Notes: a model not told the origin generated them from the sequence alone. A DNA stretch of 63,901 nt, filler included, from Octopus bimaculoides (GCF_001194135.2; 7 parts of 7 records of this genome joined end to end with filler, not necessarily neighbours in it); one strand, 5' to 3'. Positions 12,773-26,025 are shown, counted from the first letter of the whole stretch. Program-made: numbers and translations.

Positions 12773-13029
12773 CAGTAGAGCAAATGAATGTATATATTTC
12801 ATCAAAACGTTAAGATATAGATCATATAAGAACATAATATCATTTAAGATATGTAATTTTTAAAATGTTTAGGAAAATAAAATATGACAATATAAGATAC
12901 AAATATAAATATAAATATTTGAAATTTTTATATTTGAAATATGAATATAAATAATTTGAAATTTTAATATAAAATAAAAATGAATAAGTAAAATACATAC
13001 AAAATTTGTGTATTTAAATGGAAAGAAAA

Positions 13030-14400
13030 GAGCTGAGTATACCACAGTCTATTGACCCCCTAATACTACTGGAAATGAAAAGAATTGAACAAGGAAACAT
13101 AATGTAATGTTTTAATCCTACTTCATCAATGCCTATCAAACCCAGTGGTTAGGGCAACGGACTCGCGGTCATAGGATCGCGGTTTCGATTCCCAGACCGG
13201 GCGTTGTGAGTGTTTATTGAACGAAAACACCTAAAGCTCCACGAGGCTCCGGCAGGGGATGGTGGCGAACCCTGCTGTACTCTTTCACCACAACTTTCTC
13301 TCACTCTTACTTCCTGTTTCTGTTGTGCCTGTAATTCAAAGGGTCAGCCTTGTCACTGTGTCACGCTGAATATCCCCGAGAACTACGTTAAGGATACACG
13401 TTAATTTCATGAGCAGCCTGTTCCGTTGATCGGATCAACCAGAACCCTTGCCATCGTAAGCGACGGAGTGCCGATTAAACCCAATGTTCCAAATATTTTC
13501 TTTGACATTCTTAGAAAAAGCACAAATACCACAAAAGATTCAACACATCTACAAATAAAGTTTTATATTTAACTACACCAAATCTCGCTAATAAAATAGT
13601 AGCTGCAAACTGCCAAGAATTGAAATCTACCAGATCATCAAATGGAACTGATTCTAAAACTTATACAACCATCACAACCAATACTACAACAACCACACCT
13701 ACGAATACTGCAATTTTGTCTGCTACTAATACTGTTAATAATACTACAGCCTTTGATATTCCTCTAACCACCTTTACCATTATGTCTACTCCAGTTATTT
13801 TATCACTAGTTCTACTAGTAGAGACCACTGACGTTACTGCTTGTAGTGGTACTAGTAGCATCTGAAACAAACTAAAAGATAAGCATACAATGAAGAATAC
13901 CAATAATAACAACAACAATAATGATAATAATGAAAATAGCAACAACTCTATCAAACCACATACCACTGAAATAACCAACTGCAATTTCCAAGATTTTGTA
14001 TGTTGTCCTTTGAATAGACATTGTAACATAAAAAATGATGTCTACAAATGCAGTGTCTTAACAGACATCAACAATAAATTCTGTATTGGATGTACTCTTG
14101 ATTTTGAGAACAGATTCTACTCACACAAAAATTCCTTCGCAAATACTAAACACTCCCATACGTCACTTTCAAAATTCATATATAATTTGAAATCAAAAAG
14201 CATTGACTATAAACTGCAGTGGTCTTTGTTATGTACCACAAACGCTTATAATGGAAATAGACACCCCTATCAATTATGGCTATCACCAGCCACAATTACA
14301 AATAATTATGGCTGGTGACAGCCTCCTAAATAATAGAAAAAGAATGTATCATTAGCTGTTCATTCAAAAGACCTAAAAACCTTCAAATTTTGAGAAAAAG
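13030..14400 (+). mobile_element. Degenerate Penelope-like element: RT thumb, linker and GIY-YIG endonuclease
   Basis: ...NIM*/FNPTSSMPIKPNVPNIFFDILRK (joined across the SINE), NKVLYLTTPNLANKIV, CPLNRHC..VYKC..KFCIGCT..FENRFYSHKNSF..TSLSKFIYNLK..LQWSLL, LLNNRK. Confidence 0.85.
13141..13472 (+). mobile_element. Family C SINE (5'-clipped, internal deletion) inserted into the PLE
   Basis: Aligns to 11811-12193; flanks atcaaaccca / attaaaccca; removing it restores the PLE frame. Confidence 0.9.
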
Positions 14401-14992
14401 AAAAAAACAGATTATAACTTTATGGAAATATTGTGTATATGCTTTTGTCTTTTTGTTTGCTTTCTCTCTCTTACACGGTCTCTCTCCCTTCCTCTCTCTC
14501 TCCCTCCCTCTCTCTCTGTATATATGGTTGTGTGTGTGTCTGTGTACATGCAGGCATGTTTGTTTATATGTATATATGCGTACATATATGTACGAGTACA
14601 TGTATTTGTATATATGTATATGTGTGTATGTATGTGACTATATAAATGTATGTACATGTAAATGCATGTGTATCATCATCATTGTTGAATGTCCATCTTC
14701 CATGCATGTATGGGTAGGACAGCCTACAGGAGCCGGCCAGGTAGAAAAACCACCCAAGGCTACTGTATCCGTTTTGGCAGGGTTTTTATGGTTGGATGCC
14801 CTTCCTAACACCAACCAGTCTGCAGTGTGTGTGTGTGTGTGTGTGTGTGCGTGCATAAATATGTGTGTGAGTGTGTACAGAGGCCATTACAGTTATAATC
14901 AAAAAGGCAGAAAGAGAAAACAGCACACTTGTAGGTTAGAGACTGAATTCTAGTCTCTTATGGTGGTCCAATGCTAATCACTAGAAAGCATA

Positions 14993-15847
14993 TGAGGAGG
15001 TACCCAAAAGTACCCGGAATTTTGCAATGTTTTAGTCACTTAGTTTTACATATTTACACTTTTATCGCTTTCATCATTTGAAGCAATTTTCCACTGTTTG
15101 AAACAGTGCTGGAATTCTGTGAAGTGATGCTTTTTAATACTTCTGTCGTTTTTTCCCCCTTCACCTCTTCCACATCTGCAAATTCCATAGCACCAGTTTT
15201 CATCATCAGTGATGACCTTTGAAAAAAGGTCTGAATCAATTTCCAACTGTTCTTTCAATCCATGACATGCATTCAACCGTGACTGCCTTTGATCTTCAAT
15301 GAACAAGCAAAGCACAGATTTTGCTGCAACTCTTTCCATTCACAATTCCTCACTCAAAATTCGTTGGCAGGAACTCCATCCAGTCAATTGTTTGGTAATG
15401 ATCCTTCAAGATCAGTGCATGAATTTTCATGATACTTTCATTTGTTTGGGAGGTCGACAGACGCCCTGAAAGAGGTTGGTCTTCAACCGATAAGTGACCA
15501 TTCCAAAAGCATAAAAATCCCTCATAAACTTGTGTTTTGCACATGGCAGGATCCTTGTAAGCTGTCTGAAGCGTGACAACTGTTTTGGCTGCCGTTTTCC
15601 CCAGCAGAAAACAGAATTTCATGGAAGCACTCTGTTCCCTTGTTTCAGCCATTGCCAAAATAGACGAATAGGGAAGAAGTACTGCAAAACTAAAATGCAC
15701 CACATGGCAGTACGACTTCACTCGACAATGCTGGTTAGCATACTGATGCCCGAGGGTTGCACCAAGTGAGTTCTAGTGGCAGAAGCCTGAACTATAATGA
15801 GCTTGTCTCACAGAGAACATTTCTGATTACTTTTGGGTGCCTTCTCG
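14993..15847 (-). mobile_element. Internally deleted mariner with both TIRs and TA target duplication
   Basis: Left TA|tgaggaggtacccaaaagta vs right (reverse complement) TA|cgagaaggcacccaaaagta; MKFCFLLGKTAAKTVVTLQTAYKD..KTQVYE..SGR; KVITDDENWCYG fused directly to FADVEEVK. Confidence 0.9.
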
Positions 15848-16554
15848 TATACACTCAACTCCAGTGCAGGGCCTTCAACAACTCTTATGCCAACCTGATA
15901 TCAAACAAATCACTATAGGATCTTTACTGCCTGTCAGTGAGACAATTAAATAAAGATAGTTAAAATTTGCAGACCTCCAGATCAACCTGTCACTGCACTT
16001 TTTACAATGATCCCATGGAGATATTCTTGTGGTCTGGCCCACATGATATATGACTGAACTTTTGTGGGACACAGGACTGTGCTCTGCCTCAGAGTTGGCA
16101 GATGCAATGTCACCTTGCACAGCCTGGGTAGAAATTTGCTTTTGAGTTGGAGTTGATGTCCATGTGTAAACTAAGACAGAGAAGGAAGAGCGTGGGGGAC
16201 AATGCCAAAACCTGGGGTAAGTCAGAGTTGAGAGTGTGAGTGGGAGCACAGAAAGAGTTCTGTCAATACATGTGGCAACAGTTTAATCTGATAAGAAGCC
16301 ATCAGTTCAAGAAATGATAGATCGGTTAAGCCCATAGGCAGGAAATTCCAATAGCAGATTCACATCACAGATACAGTTAAAAACTTTATTGATGTTAAGG
16401 GAACAACATTACTTTTATCAAACTCCTTTATGACATGATCTACTTTCTTCCGTCTAGGTTGGGACAAAGTCTATGGATACCGGAGAAGAAAAGGGGAAAT
16501 TGTCCAAATGTTTACCTCTGATTTTTGATATTTTCAGGAAGATTATAGAATGAT

Positions 16555-17021
16555 AGTAAAAGTATATTTGCCAATGCACCATGGCAGTTCTACGTAGGAT
16601 GATGTTACTACTTTTTAGCCTAATGAAAACATCTTTTCCAGTTGGCTACCAACACATGGTCTATGTCTGTATACTGTGAGTAAGGGAGTCTACTGCTCCC
16701 TTTCTAGCCATAGTGATACCTGTAGACCAATGGTTTCTGGATAATTTCCCTTCATCAGTGCAGGACAACTGCCAGCGAGAGACAGCAGCCACTCACTCTT
16801 GCTCACCGTATATACTTTTAAAGTGACACACAGTCACTGATCTCATAAACAGAAAAACAACTGGTTTTAAATCTCTGAGCGAGAAATATATAGTAACAGT
16901 ACTGTAGAGTAAAGTCTATTTGTCAACGCAAAGTGGCAGCCCTACATAGGATGATGCTACTACTTGTTAGCCCTAGGAAAACATCTTTTCCAGTTGACTG
17001 CCGACACATGATCTGTGTCTG
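16555..17021 (-). mobile_element. Hammerhead-bearing family A element: 352-nt unit plus about 115-nt direct terminal redundancy (retrozyme-like)
   Basis: 16561-16669 vs 16913-17021 align without gaps at 90/109 identity (hand count), offset 352; hammerhead lies between them. Confidence 0.8.
16719..16764 (-). ncRNA. Minimal type I hammerhead ribozyme motif (family A, copy 2)
   Basis: Minus strand CCTGCA-CTGATGA-A-GGGAAATTATCC-A-GAAAC-CATTG-GTC-TACAGG. Stem I 5/6 paired, stem II 3 bp, stem III ACC/GGT quasi-palindrome, GUC triplet. Confidence 0.75.
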
Positions 17022-18731
17022 ATAGTGCTTTAAAATGTTATGGCAACCCACAACCAGAGGCTCAGATCAAATGCATGCAACTAGTTTTGCTAAAGGTACC
17101 TAAAAGCCAGTAGGTGGGATATAACTGGGTCAGGGTCACATGCCTATTGACCACCCTGCATCCAAAAAAAAAAAAAAAACACAACATGATTATATTATAT
17201 TAGTTGGTTAAATTATAGTCAGAAGGTAGATTCCTGTTTGGGTTTCATAAATTCAAACTTCAAATTTAAAGAACAATTCAGAACAGTCATGGTATTAATC
17301 TCTGGAGGCATAAGCCATGAACTAGGTTGTAAACCGTGGATAGGCAGATACCTTGAAAATATATCACAGGATGACTACCGTGCCGTGCATAGATATAGGT
17401 TGCCCTTTGGCAAGCAGTGCAGCCAAACAGTAGAGATGAAAACTAATGACAGTCACTATATTTTGTTGTTAGTCAAAAGGACTTCACTTTATTGCTTCAA
17501 GTCTGCTTCTCAGCATCATATTTTCAAAAATTATTGCTAGAAAATATTGAAGTTGACCAAGTAAAACTTTGCCAGTTGCTACTGTGCTATCACATTCAAT
17601 TTAAATTAAACGTCGCAGATAAAATAGAATGATGAATGAGAGAGAAAAAGGTTAGCAGTTGAGTAGCTTAACACAGAAAGCATAGACAACATGAATATAA
17701 TTGACAGCACAAATAGGAAGTTAGACTTAGGTTTTTTTTAATGTTTCTTAGTGTTTTTCTTTGTTTTTCCTAAAATGTGAAATTGATAAAAACGAAGGTG
17801 GAATTTGGTTGGTGGTGGAAGAGGTACTTTAAAAAAATAATTGTTAAATTTCAGTCAAAATTTTAAATTCATATTTAAATGAGAGCTCTGTTGATGATAA
17901 TGACAAATAATAGGGATGGGTAATGATGGTGGTGGTGATAATAATAATGGTGGTAGAGATGATGGGGCTGTTTATGATGATGATGATCATCATGATCATC
18001 ATCATGGCTATGCCAGTCCTAATAATGATAATCATGGGAATGCTAATGATAATGATATAAAAAGAATGAAACTTCATCCATTGAATGTATTCCAAATAAT
18101 ATTTGCTGGAACAAAAGTTATTTAATTTATATAAATATCTTTGTGGGTTGAATCAACAATTATTATACAGAACTGGAGAATATTAATGTGGGACAATTAA
18201 AATAAGTAAATCATGAAAATTGATTAGTAAGAAGCTTGGAGAGAGTTTTTAGATTAGACAGTGAAATATGAACAATCAATATAAGAGAAAGACGTAACTT
18301 GATAGTGTCAAGATTTCTGCTTTTTGCTTTAATAGTATTTATAAATTTTAAGGTTATGGTAAGTGGTTGGAGTGACAGAGGAGCAATAATAGTCCCAGCT
18401 GCAACCACAGTTACATTATGGAGTTGGAATATTCAATGAGATCTCCAAGCAGGCTATGAAAAGACATTGTTTTAATTACAAGCTATCAATGCAAAGCGGA
18501 AGAGACACTGAGTCCAGCAAAACAATCTATTTTGTTCTGTTACCATGATAAAATACCCTAACCCACTTTCTTTCACATAGGGGTAGACCTAATCTATGTC
18601 TCAGTTTTAAGCAAGTTTTGTTAGCTTTTCAGAGTCTTTAGCAGAATCTACTCCACTGCAAACATTTAGACTAGGACTCTGTAATGCTTCCTATTGTATC
18701 ATTCATTGCACAATGCCAATATTTGTCAGAG

Positions 18732-18928
18732 AATTAAAGCAGCGAGCTGGCAGAATCATTAGCACACCTGGCAAAATCTTTACATTCTGAGTTCAAATTT
18801 CATCAAGGTCAACTTTACCTTTCATTCTTTAAGGGGTCGATAAAATAAGTACCAGTTGAGTACTGGGGTTGATGTAACTGACTTACCCCCTCCCACAAAA
18901 TTGCTGGCCTTATTCCAAAATTTGAAAT
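18732..18928 (+). mobile_element. Family M SINE with a 15-bp TSD-like repeat
   Basis: caatatttgtcagag (18717-18731) / caatatttgttagag (18929-18943). Confidence 0.85.
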
Positions 18929-19033
18929 CAATATTTGTTAGAGTACAAATGAAGATTCTTCTCTAGTTTGAGCTGACCATTAGATATGACAATGGTCCAG
19001 CTCTATAAGTGATGCTTTGGGCCACTGCCTTAA

Positions 19034-19254
19034 CCCTTTCATTACTGTATTTCTGTTGAGATGCTCTGTGTTTCTTTCAATTATTTTAAATATAACAAAG
19101 AATTTAGTAAAATAACTTAGTTATCATTCAGCTAGTGTTAGAAACATAAATTGTGACTAAGGTTTGGTGGAAGATTATAATTCTAAACTTATGAAAACAA
19201 GACATTTGTACTACAAAGCCAGAGCCGGTTTCAGCCGGGTTGGTAACGAAAGGG
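19034..19254. mobile_element. piggyBac-type MITE
   Basis: TTAA flanks at 19030-33 and 19255-58; TIRs ccctttcattac / ccctttcgttac. Confidence 0.85.
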
Positions 19255-19359
19255 TTAATNNNNNNNNNNNNNNNNNNNNNNNNNNNNNNNNNNNNNNNNN
19301 NNNTTAATTAATTAANNNNNNNNNNNNNNNNNNNNNNNNNNNNNNNNNNNNNNNNNNNN

Positions 19360-19394
<35 letters not shown>

Positions 19395-19605
19395 GTGTGT
19401 GTATATGCTCGCGCGCGTATTTGTATGTGCGTGTGGGTGGGTGTTTGCGAGCGCGCGAAAAGATAGATCTCGCTTAGACAAAGCGATACTAATATCGTTG
19501 TCTGAGAATTCTGTCCACAGAATGAAGCGTTAGTGGAATGCAGAGCGTAATATGAATTTAAACGAGAAAGGAGTAGAAGTTACGCGTTGAACTTAATCAG
19601 CTTAC

Positions 19606-19687
19606 AATTGGTTCTGCTATAAGGTGCAGTATACTCAAAGCTGCGTGCTTGTGCATCGACTTATGGCTTCGAAGTAGCAAGGAGCTT
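19606..19687 (-). other. Candidate 82-nt spliced exon of an unidentified gene
   Basis: Acceptor ttgcacttcattttAG and donor GTAAGCT on the minus strand; one open frame (SSLLLRSHKSMHKHAALSILHLIAEPI); no homology recognised. Confidence 0.35.
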
Positions 19688-21414
19688 CTAAAATGAAGTG
19701 CAAGTTTATTTGGGGAACTTATTTTCCATATATATATATATATATANNNNNNNNNNNNNNNNNNNNNNNNNNNNNNNNNNNNNNNNNNNNNNNNNNNNNN
19801 NNNNNNNNNNNNNNNNNNNNNNNNNNNNNNNNNNNNNNNNNNNNNNNNNNNNNNNNNNNNNNNNNNNNNNNNNNNNNNNNNNNNNNNNNNNNNNNNNNNN
19901 NNNNNNNNNNNNNNNNNNNNNNNNNNNNNNNNNNNNNNNNNNNNNNNNNNNNNNNNNNNNNNNNNNNNNNNNNNNNNNNNNNNNNNNNNNNNNNNNNNNN
20001 NNNNNNNNNNNNNNNNNNNNNNNNNNNNNNNNNNNNNNNNNNNNNNNNNNNNNNNNNNNNNNNNNNNNNNNNNNNNNNNNNTTTCCATAGTATTCAAATG
20101 CAAGGGGCATTTTCCTTGTTTCTGTCCGTCTCTCTCTCTTGTGGGTTCGAGATAGTTCCGAATTCTTGTCTTTGATTGTTTAAGCAGCAGTAGTAGAAAA
20201 GGAAGCAGGTGGTAGAGAAGAAGAAGAAGAAGAAGAAGAAGAAGAAGAAGAAGAAGAAGAAGAAGAAGAAGAAGAAGACTTTGTAATTTTGGGCTTGAAA
20301 CATTTTAAAGGTAGAGTAGACAATCATCACGATATAGACCTCCATTGATGTTTGGGAATTGGTCAGCCATCTCATAAGGGATATATATATACCGACCAAA
20401 TCAACGATTAGTGCTGAATCAAAACTTCCCATCATGACATCAAAACTGTCGGGTGTATCTTTACGGACCCATAGCTTGTTATCAAATTCAATAATAAATG
20501 TTGTGGCGGCCAACACGACATTAATTTCATCCTTGGTGACAGAGATAGAAGACAGACAGACAGACAGACAGACAGACACACATACACACACATAGGAATG
20601 TAGTGCAAACGAAGAAACCAACAGACGGTGACTAGATATATTCTGCTACATCTCATACAGGGAAAATCGCCCGTAATATATCCGAGAGGGAGAATTGATC
20701 AGCATAAAAAACATTCAAGTGTGACGTAACGACAAAGGGTATGAGCTATGAACATAGAGGAAAGGTGGATCATATTGAAATTAAAATAAAAGTTAAATTA
20801 CACCAGTTCAGTTACCATGTAGATACATGGTTGAAGTGTACTTGGGAGAGTGAGTGCGTCAGTATGTGTGTGGGGTGTGTGGGGGTACGGCTTGTGGTTT
20901 ATGTGCTTGTGTGTAAGTGTGTGTGTGCGTGCCCATGTGTGCGTGTGTATGTGTCCTTGTGTGTAGTTGTATTAGGAGCAATTCTTGTACACTATTAGTT
21001 ATAAGTGTGAAATATCGTAAAATCAACGACGACTTCAGGAACATCGATATTTCAGCGGGTATATATATATATATATTTCATCAACACTTACGGGCGGGTA
21101 TACATAAAAGCATGTGTGTGACTACGTAGAAAGGCATATTTAAACAACTGTATGAAAGTATATGTTTGTATGTATATATGTGGAAATGTGTGCACACATA
21201 TGTTTGCACTTCAGTATGAATGGATTCGCAAATTTACGCAAGGATGTGTATAAGTGTACACGCGCAGAAGTAAGTGCAAATATAAATGTACGCTTAGACG
21301 CAGGGCCAGAGATTCTGCCACGTACGTAGAGATTATACAAGTATGATGTAAAAAAATGAAATCATAACAAAAGCACTATTACGCCCAAACATACATCATC
21401 ACACGCACACTCAC

Positions 21415-21480
21415 TTATGAACGTATCAAAAAGGATACGTAAAATATTTTCAGATCTAGCGCGGTCGGACCGGAAGTAAC
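21415..21480 (-). promoter_or_regulatory. Candidate promoter or first exon: ETS motif CCGGAAGT in a CpG-containing patch, minus-strand donor aa|GTGAGT at 21414
   Basis: gcgcggtcggaCCGGAAGT (21470-21477) in AT-rich unique DNA. Confidence 0.3.
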
Positions 21481-24110
21481 AAAGAAACATTCTCAGTGAG
21501 ATCACAAATAGCAACGAAAACACTTTGATGTACCAATGACTGACTTCAGTCGAGGAATTAATTAGTTTAATTATTAATTAGTTGACCAGCTAAATAATAA
21601 TTATCAGTTAACTAAAACCAGTAATGCTTATACTATATTTACAAAATAACATTACAATAAAACAGTCTCTTGTTTCCAAAATGAAACTAAAGCCAAACAT
21701 TTATATATTTGCGTATATTTATATCTATAAACTTAGGCTTGTAGATATGTGTGTGCGTAGGTGTGTGTGTGTGTGGGTGCATGCTTGTGTGTGCATGGGT
21801 GTGAACACAAAATCATGCCTATTTGTGTATTATAAACTTTACAACCAGTTCCATGTTTGTGTATGTGTGTGTTTACACGTATGTGTATGCGTTTGTATAT
21901 AATTGTATTTATATATGCATGTGCATGTATGTATATTATATCTGTAAAATATATTGTATATATGTAGACACGCATACACACGCACACACATACACATACA
22001 TAAACTTAGACTCATATGCGCACATTCACACATGATTAAATGAGCGTAGCTAGCATTAATAACACTGAATACAATATTATCAAAATATTTTCTTTTGAAT
22101 ACAATTAGGCAATTTTTCTAAATTCTTTTAAATAATTACTTCTTCTTTATTTATCATGAAATTGCCTGCAATAACTTGGCTGTATATTACCATCATAGCA
22201 TTTGTGTTATTCCCACGATAGATATTAACATTGTTCAGAATGAATCCCCCCCCCAAAAAAAAAAATATAACGTGGGATGATAAAATCAATATTTGTTGCT
22301 TTACATGCTAAATAACATAAACCCACGCCTTTAATTTCGCCTCTAAATACACCAATCACAATTTATTAGACATGAATTAAAAAGTGCAATGTTTTTAGTC
22401 TTAAAAACCTGTCAGATCACTGACGTGATGCTTTCACAAAAAGAAAAGTTTATTCTGCTCATAAAGGAAATGCTGATTTTTATACCATCTTTCATGATGC
22501 TTATTTGTACACTGAAATTAGGCGAAGTTTAGAATCTGGAAAAATAAAGGAGGGAAGAAACAAATTAAGACTCATGCTTTGCTGATTTCTAATATATTTG
22601 ATATATGTCACGAAATAAATTTTTTAGGTGAGGTGAATTAATTGTGATAACTTTTGCTAAATAGCACATACTGAATGAATGATATTGAAGAGGCGTATGA
22701 ATTTGAAATATTTTTGCTATTCATATATTTGTCACGAAAATGAATTTCATTTAGTTTTTCTTTTATTTTCTAAAACAGCAGCGTATCCGTCTTGCATGGC
22801 TATAGGTGATTACTTGACATAACTTTGTTTCATGTAAGCTAATTCATACAGCAAAATAGTTATTTCTCAATTATGAATCACGTCTAAATATTAGGGAAAA
22901 ACATCAAATTAAGTAACGCACATACCAAATAATTTCAATAGACACCACAAACAGGTTTGCTACCTAACACGTTCACGGAGTATTTTGGTTTATAAGGAGA
23001 CTGTATTAGCTGCATGGAAAAGGAAATCTAACGAATAAAGCATTATCTAATTGAACATTAATATAATGCTAAATGCAACTCGTAAAACTGTAAAAAGAAA
23101 AAGTGATATTCCACCCTGTCTGGCTTTAGAATCTTCTAGCTAATCTGTTGCCTGCTGATTTCAGCCATCTCTCATTTCTTGGATCGGAAGTTTCTTGTCA
23201 GAGTGCTTTATTAAACCCATTTTTATTCATTTATTACTAACAGAAACAAGAATAAAACAGGAGACGAAAAGTTCGCCTATTTGGTTGAAATCGCTTCCAA
23301 ACTTCCTTCAAATAGCATACTTCTGTCGTAAAGAGAGGTGGATACGTTGAATAATGTGATCGTGGATATCCACAGCCTCGAATATTTTATGGCAGTTGTC
23401 ACTTAATTGCCTTTGATTATAAACCAGGGTGGATCTGGATCTAAAATCATCATTTCTTCAGCTATGAGATAACGTTATATGTGAATATTAAATTTAACAT
23501 TAATACTAAAAATATTTGTATTTAGATTGGTTTAATGTATGGGAAACATCAGCATCGCTGTTAAAGATACAGGTCAAGAACTTTAGTCGAGTTAGTACTC
23601 CTATCACATCTTAATGTGAACAGAATTATAATTGAACACAAGACTTGTCAAAATCAATTTTCTGCTTAAAACGGTATAAAAAATAACTGTCAGATTCATG
23701 TTTTTATCATAATATACAGGAATTATTAATTCAGACATTTGTTCATAATTTCGTTGGATTTCTTTTTTGCATACTGTTATAGTAATAGAACCTCTTGTAT
23801 CCAAGAAAGTTCTTCTTATCAATTAATTCACTAAACACAGTTAAAATTTGAAATTGCAAAGCAATCACAACATAAGAAAATGAATACTACTACAATACGA
23901 ATGCGCAATATAAAAATATTACCTTATATATATATTTAGAATCCGTGTATATACATCTGGAGAAGCAGACTTCAATTATTCAATTATTTGAATGCATTTA
24001 CCTTTCAATATAACAGCGTATGGTAGATACCAGTAGAACATCCAAAAGTCCCATTCGTATGTTGTGCCAAATTATTTTCAAATGACTAGTTATTTACTTT
24101 AGTATTACAA

Positions 24111-24318
24111 GGTCGCGAGCTGGCAGAAACGTTAGCACGTCGGGCGAAATGTTTATCGATATTTCGTCTGTCTTTACGTTCTGAGTTCAAATTCTGCCGA
24201 GGTCTACTTTGCCTTTCATCCTTTCGGGGTCGGGAAATTAAGTACCAGTTGCGTACTGGGGTCGATCTAAACAAGTTGTCCCCTCCCCAAAAATTACGGG
24301 CGTTGTGCCTAGAGTAGG
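24111..24318 (+). mobile_element. Family M SINE, near full length
   Basis: gagctggcagaaacgttagc...gagttcaaattc...ctttgcctttcatcctttcggggtcg..aaattaagtaccagttgcgtactggggtcgat. Confidence 0.9.
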
Positions 24319-25968
24319 ACCATGTTGTAGCATTGAGCGGGACAAATGATATAAGAAAATGTCAGTTTTAATTATATATTTTAGTATAACCTCCAGTCTA
24401 GTTTAATTGTTATCGTATTGGTAGATGTGTAAACAACTAACGCCAGTTTGCAATTCGAATGAACTCGACTAAAGTTCGACTCAGCCATATGCTAATGACA
24501 AATTATGCGCAAGAGGCAATAACCTGAACAAATCAAAATACACTCTATTTAGTCTGGACAGAGGCTAATTACACAGGGTTACAGTTTAGTTCACGGTGAA
24601 CATGAGTTTATATGTTGTAAATGGATGTCTTGCAGGTTTTGGAAGTCATTATCGTACATTTTCGTGGGTGAGAGAAACATCTTTTAAGATAACTGGGTGA
24701 TTTCGTGATTATTTATGAATATAGGCTTAAGTACAGAATCATTTAATAGTAATGCATATTCGATCCTACGGCATAGTATTTTGAGCAAATGCCCCTATCA
24801 TTTTCTCGGACCAAAGTATCTTGCAGATGGAAACCCGTCTGTAGTATACCTGCATAACTGAGATGGCCAAACAAAAAAAGTAAAAAAGGTCAATGCAATG
24901 ACAGTAAGATAAATAGTGATATCTTGTTCCCTTGAACCAATGTGGTGTTTACATTTCCTCTATTTGGAGAGCACTCAAATAATAGCATATACTGTGCTTC
25001 AGTCGATATAAATAGAAAAAAAAACCCCTCTTCGAAGCAGTGCACTAGTACGGCCGACTTTCAAGAACAGAAATAAGCAGCCTCATTAGGAAAAAAAATC
25101 CTTTGTGTATGCAAGAGAAACTTTTCGGAAATAATTGAGTATCTAACGTATGATAAATATTGATTTGCATCACTAAGTCGGCATTTGAAAATGACTAATT
25201 TTAAAGTGTTTCTTAACAACGAATGACTTCGGAAATAATTGGAATAATTAATGTTATTTTCGACTCTAGAGAGAGCAAGATTTCCTAAACGTTCAAACCA
25301 TCTAAAAAATGTCGTTTATTGTTTAGTGTCATTGTGTTTGAAGTTTTACCTGCAATAAAGTGTTTAGTCTTTTTATATAAAGAAATACGTATAAAATTAT
25401 ATCCTAATATTGTTCTATCTCAAAATGCCATGCCGTGAAAATATATTTCCTGCCCCATATTTTATGCTCATTTATTTAAAACGTTCATAAAGTATTTTAA
25501 CAACTTATAAGATATATTTTCAACTGGGAATCGGATTCCAGCTGCGATTTAGATTCAGTGGTTGGTTTTTCTTCTTTTTTCCATCTTGTCTATGATGCTC
25601 ACGGTGTAACAGTTAAACATCGAGTATTTAAGTTAAGACAGGAAACAGAAATAAAAAAAGATATTAGCAAATAATGTCAATGAAATGGTTACTATATCCA
25701 CACAGCTGTTGGCATCATCTCATTGAATGTGCAGTAAATGATATATATGTATGTGTTGGATTAGATATTCAACGTGAATGACTAAGGAACTTTTTTCAGG
25801 AATTAAGAAGACATATCCATCCTAGACATGATGTCTAGTTTAAACATACGGAAGTTAAGTGCATTTGACAAAGCTGAATTTCTGGTATTACAGCGTACAC
25901 ACACAAATAATACACATATGAATGCACGCATACATATATACATGCACATATATATGCATATATGTATG

Positions 25969-26025
<57 letters not shown>

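Noticed and set aside
17238-17540. 100-aa plus-strand ORF (also 15875-16249 minus)
   Set aside because: No recognisable motif or convincing splice signals; lengths are within chance expectation.
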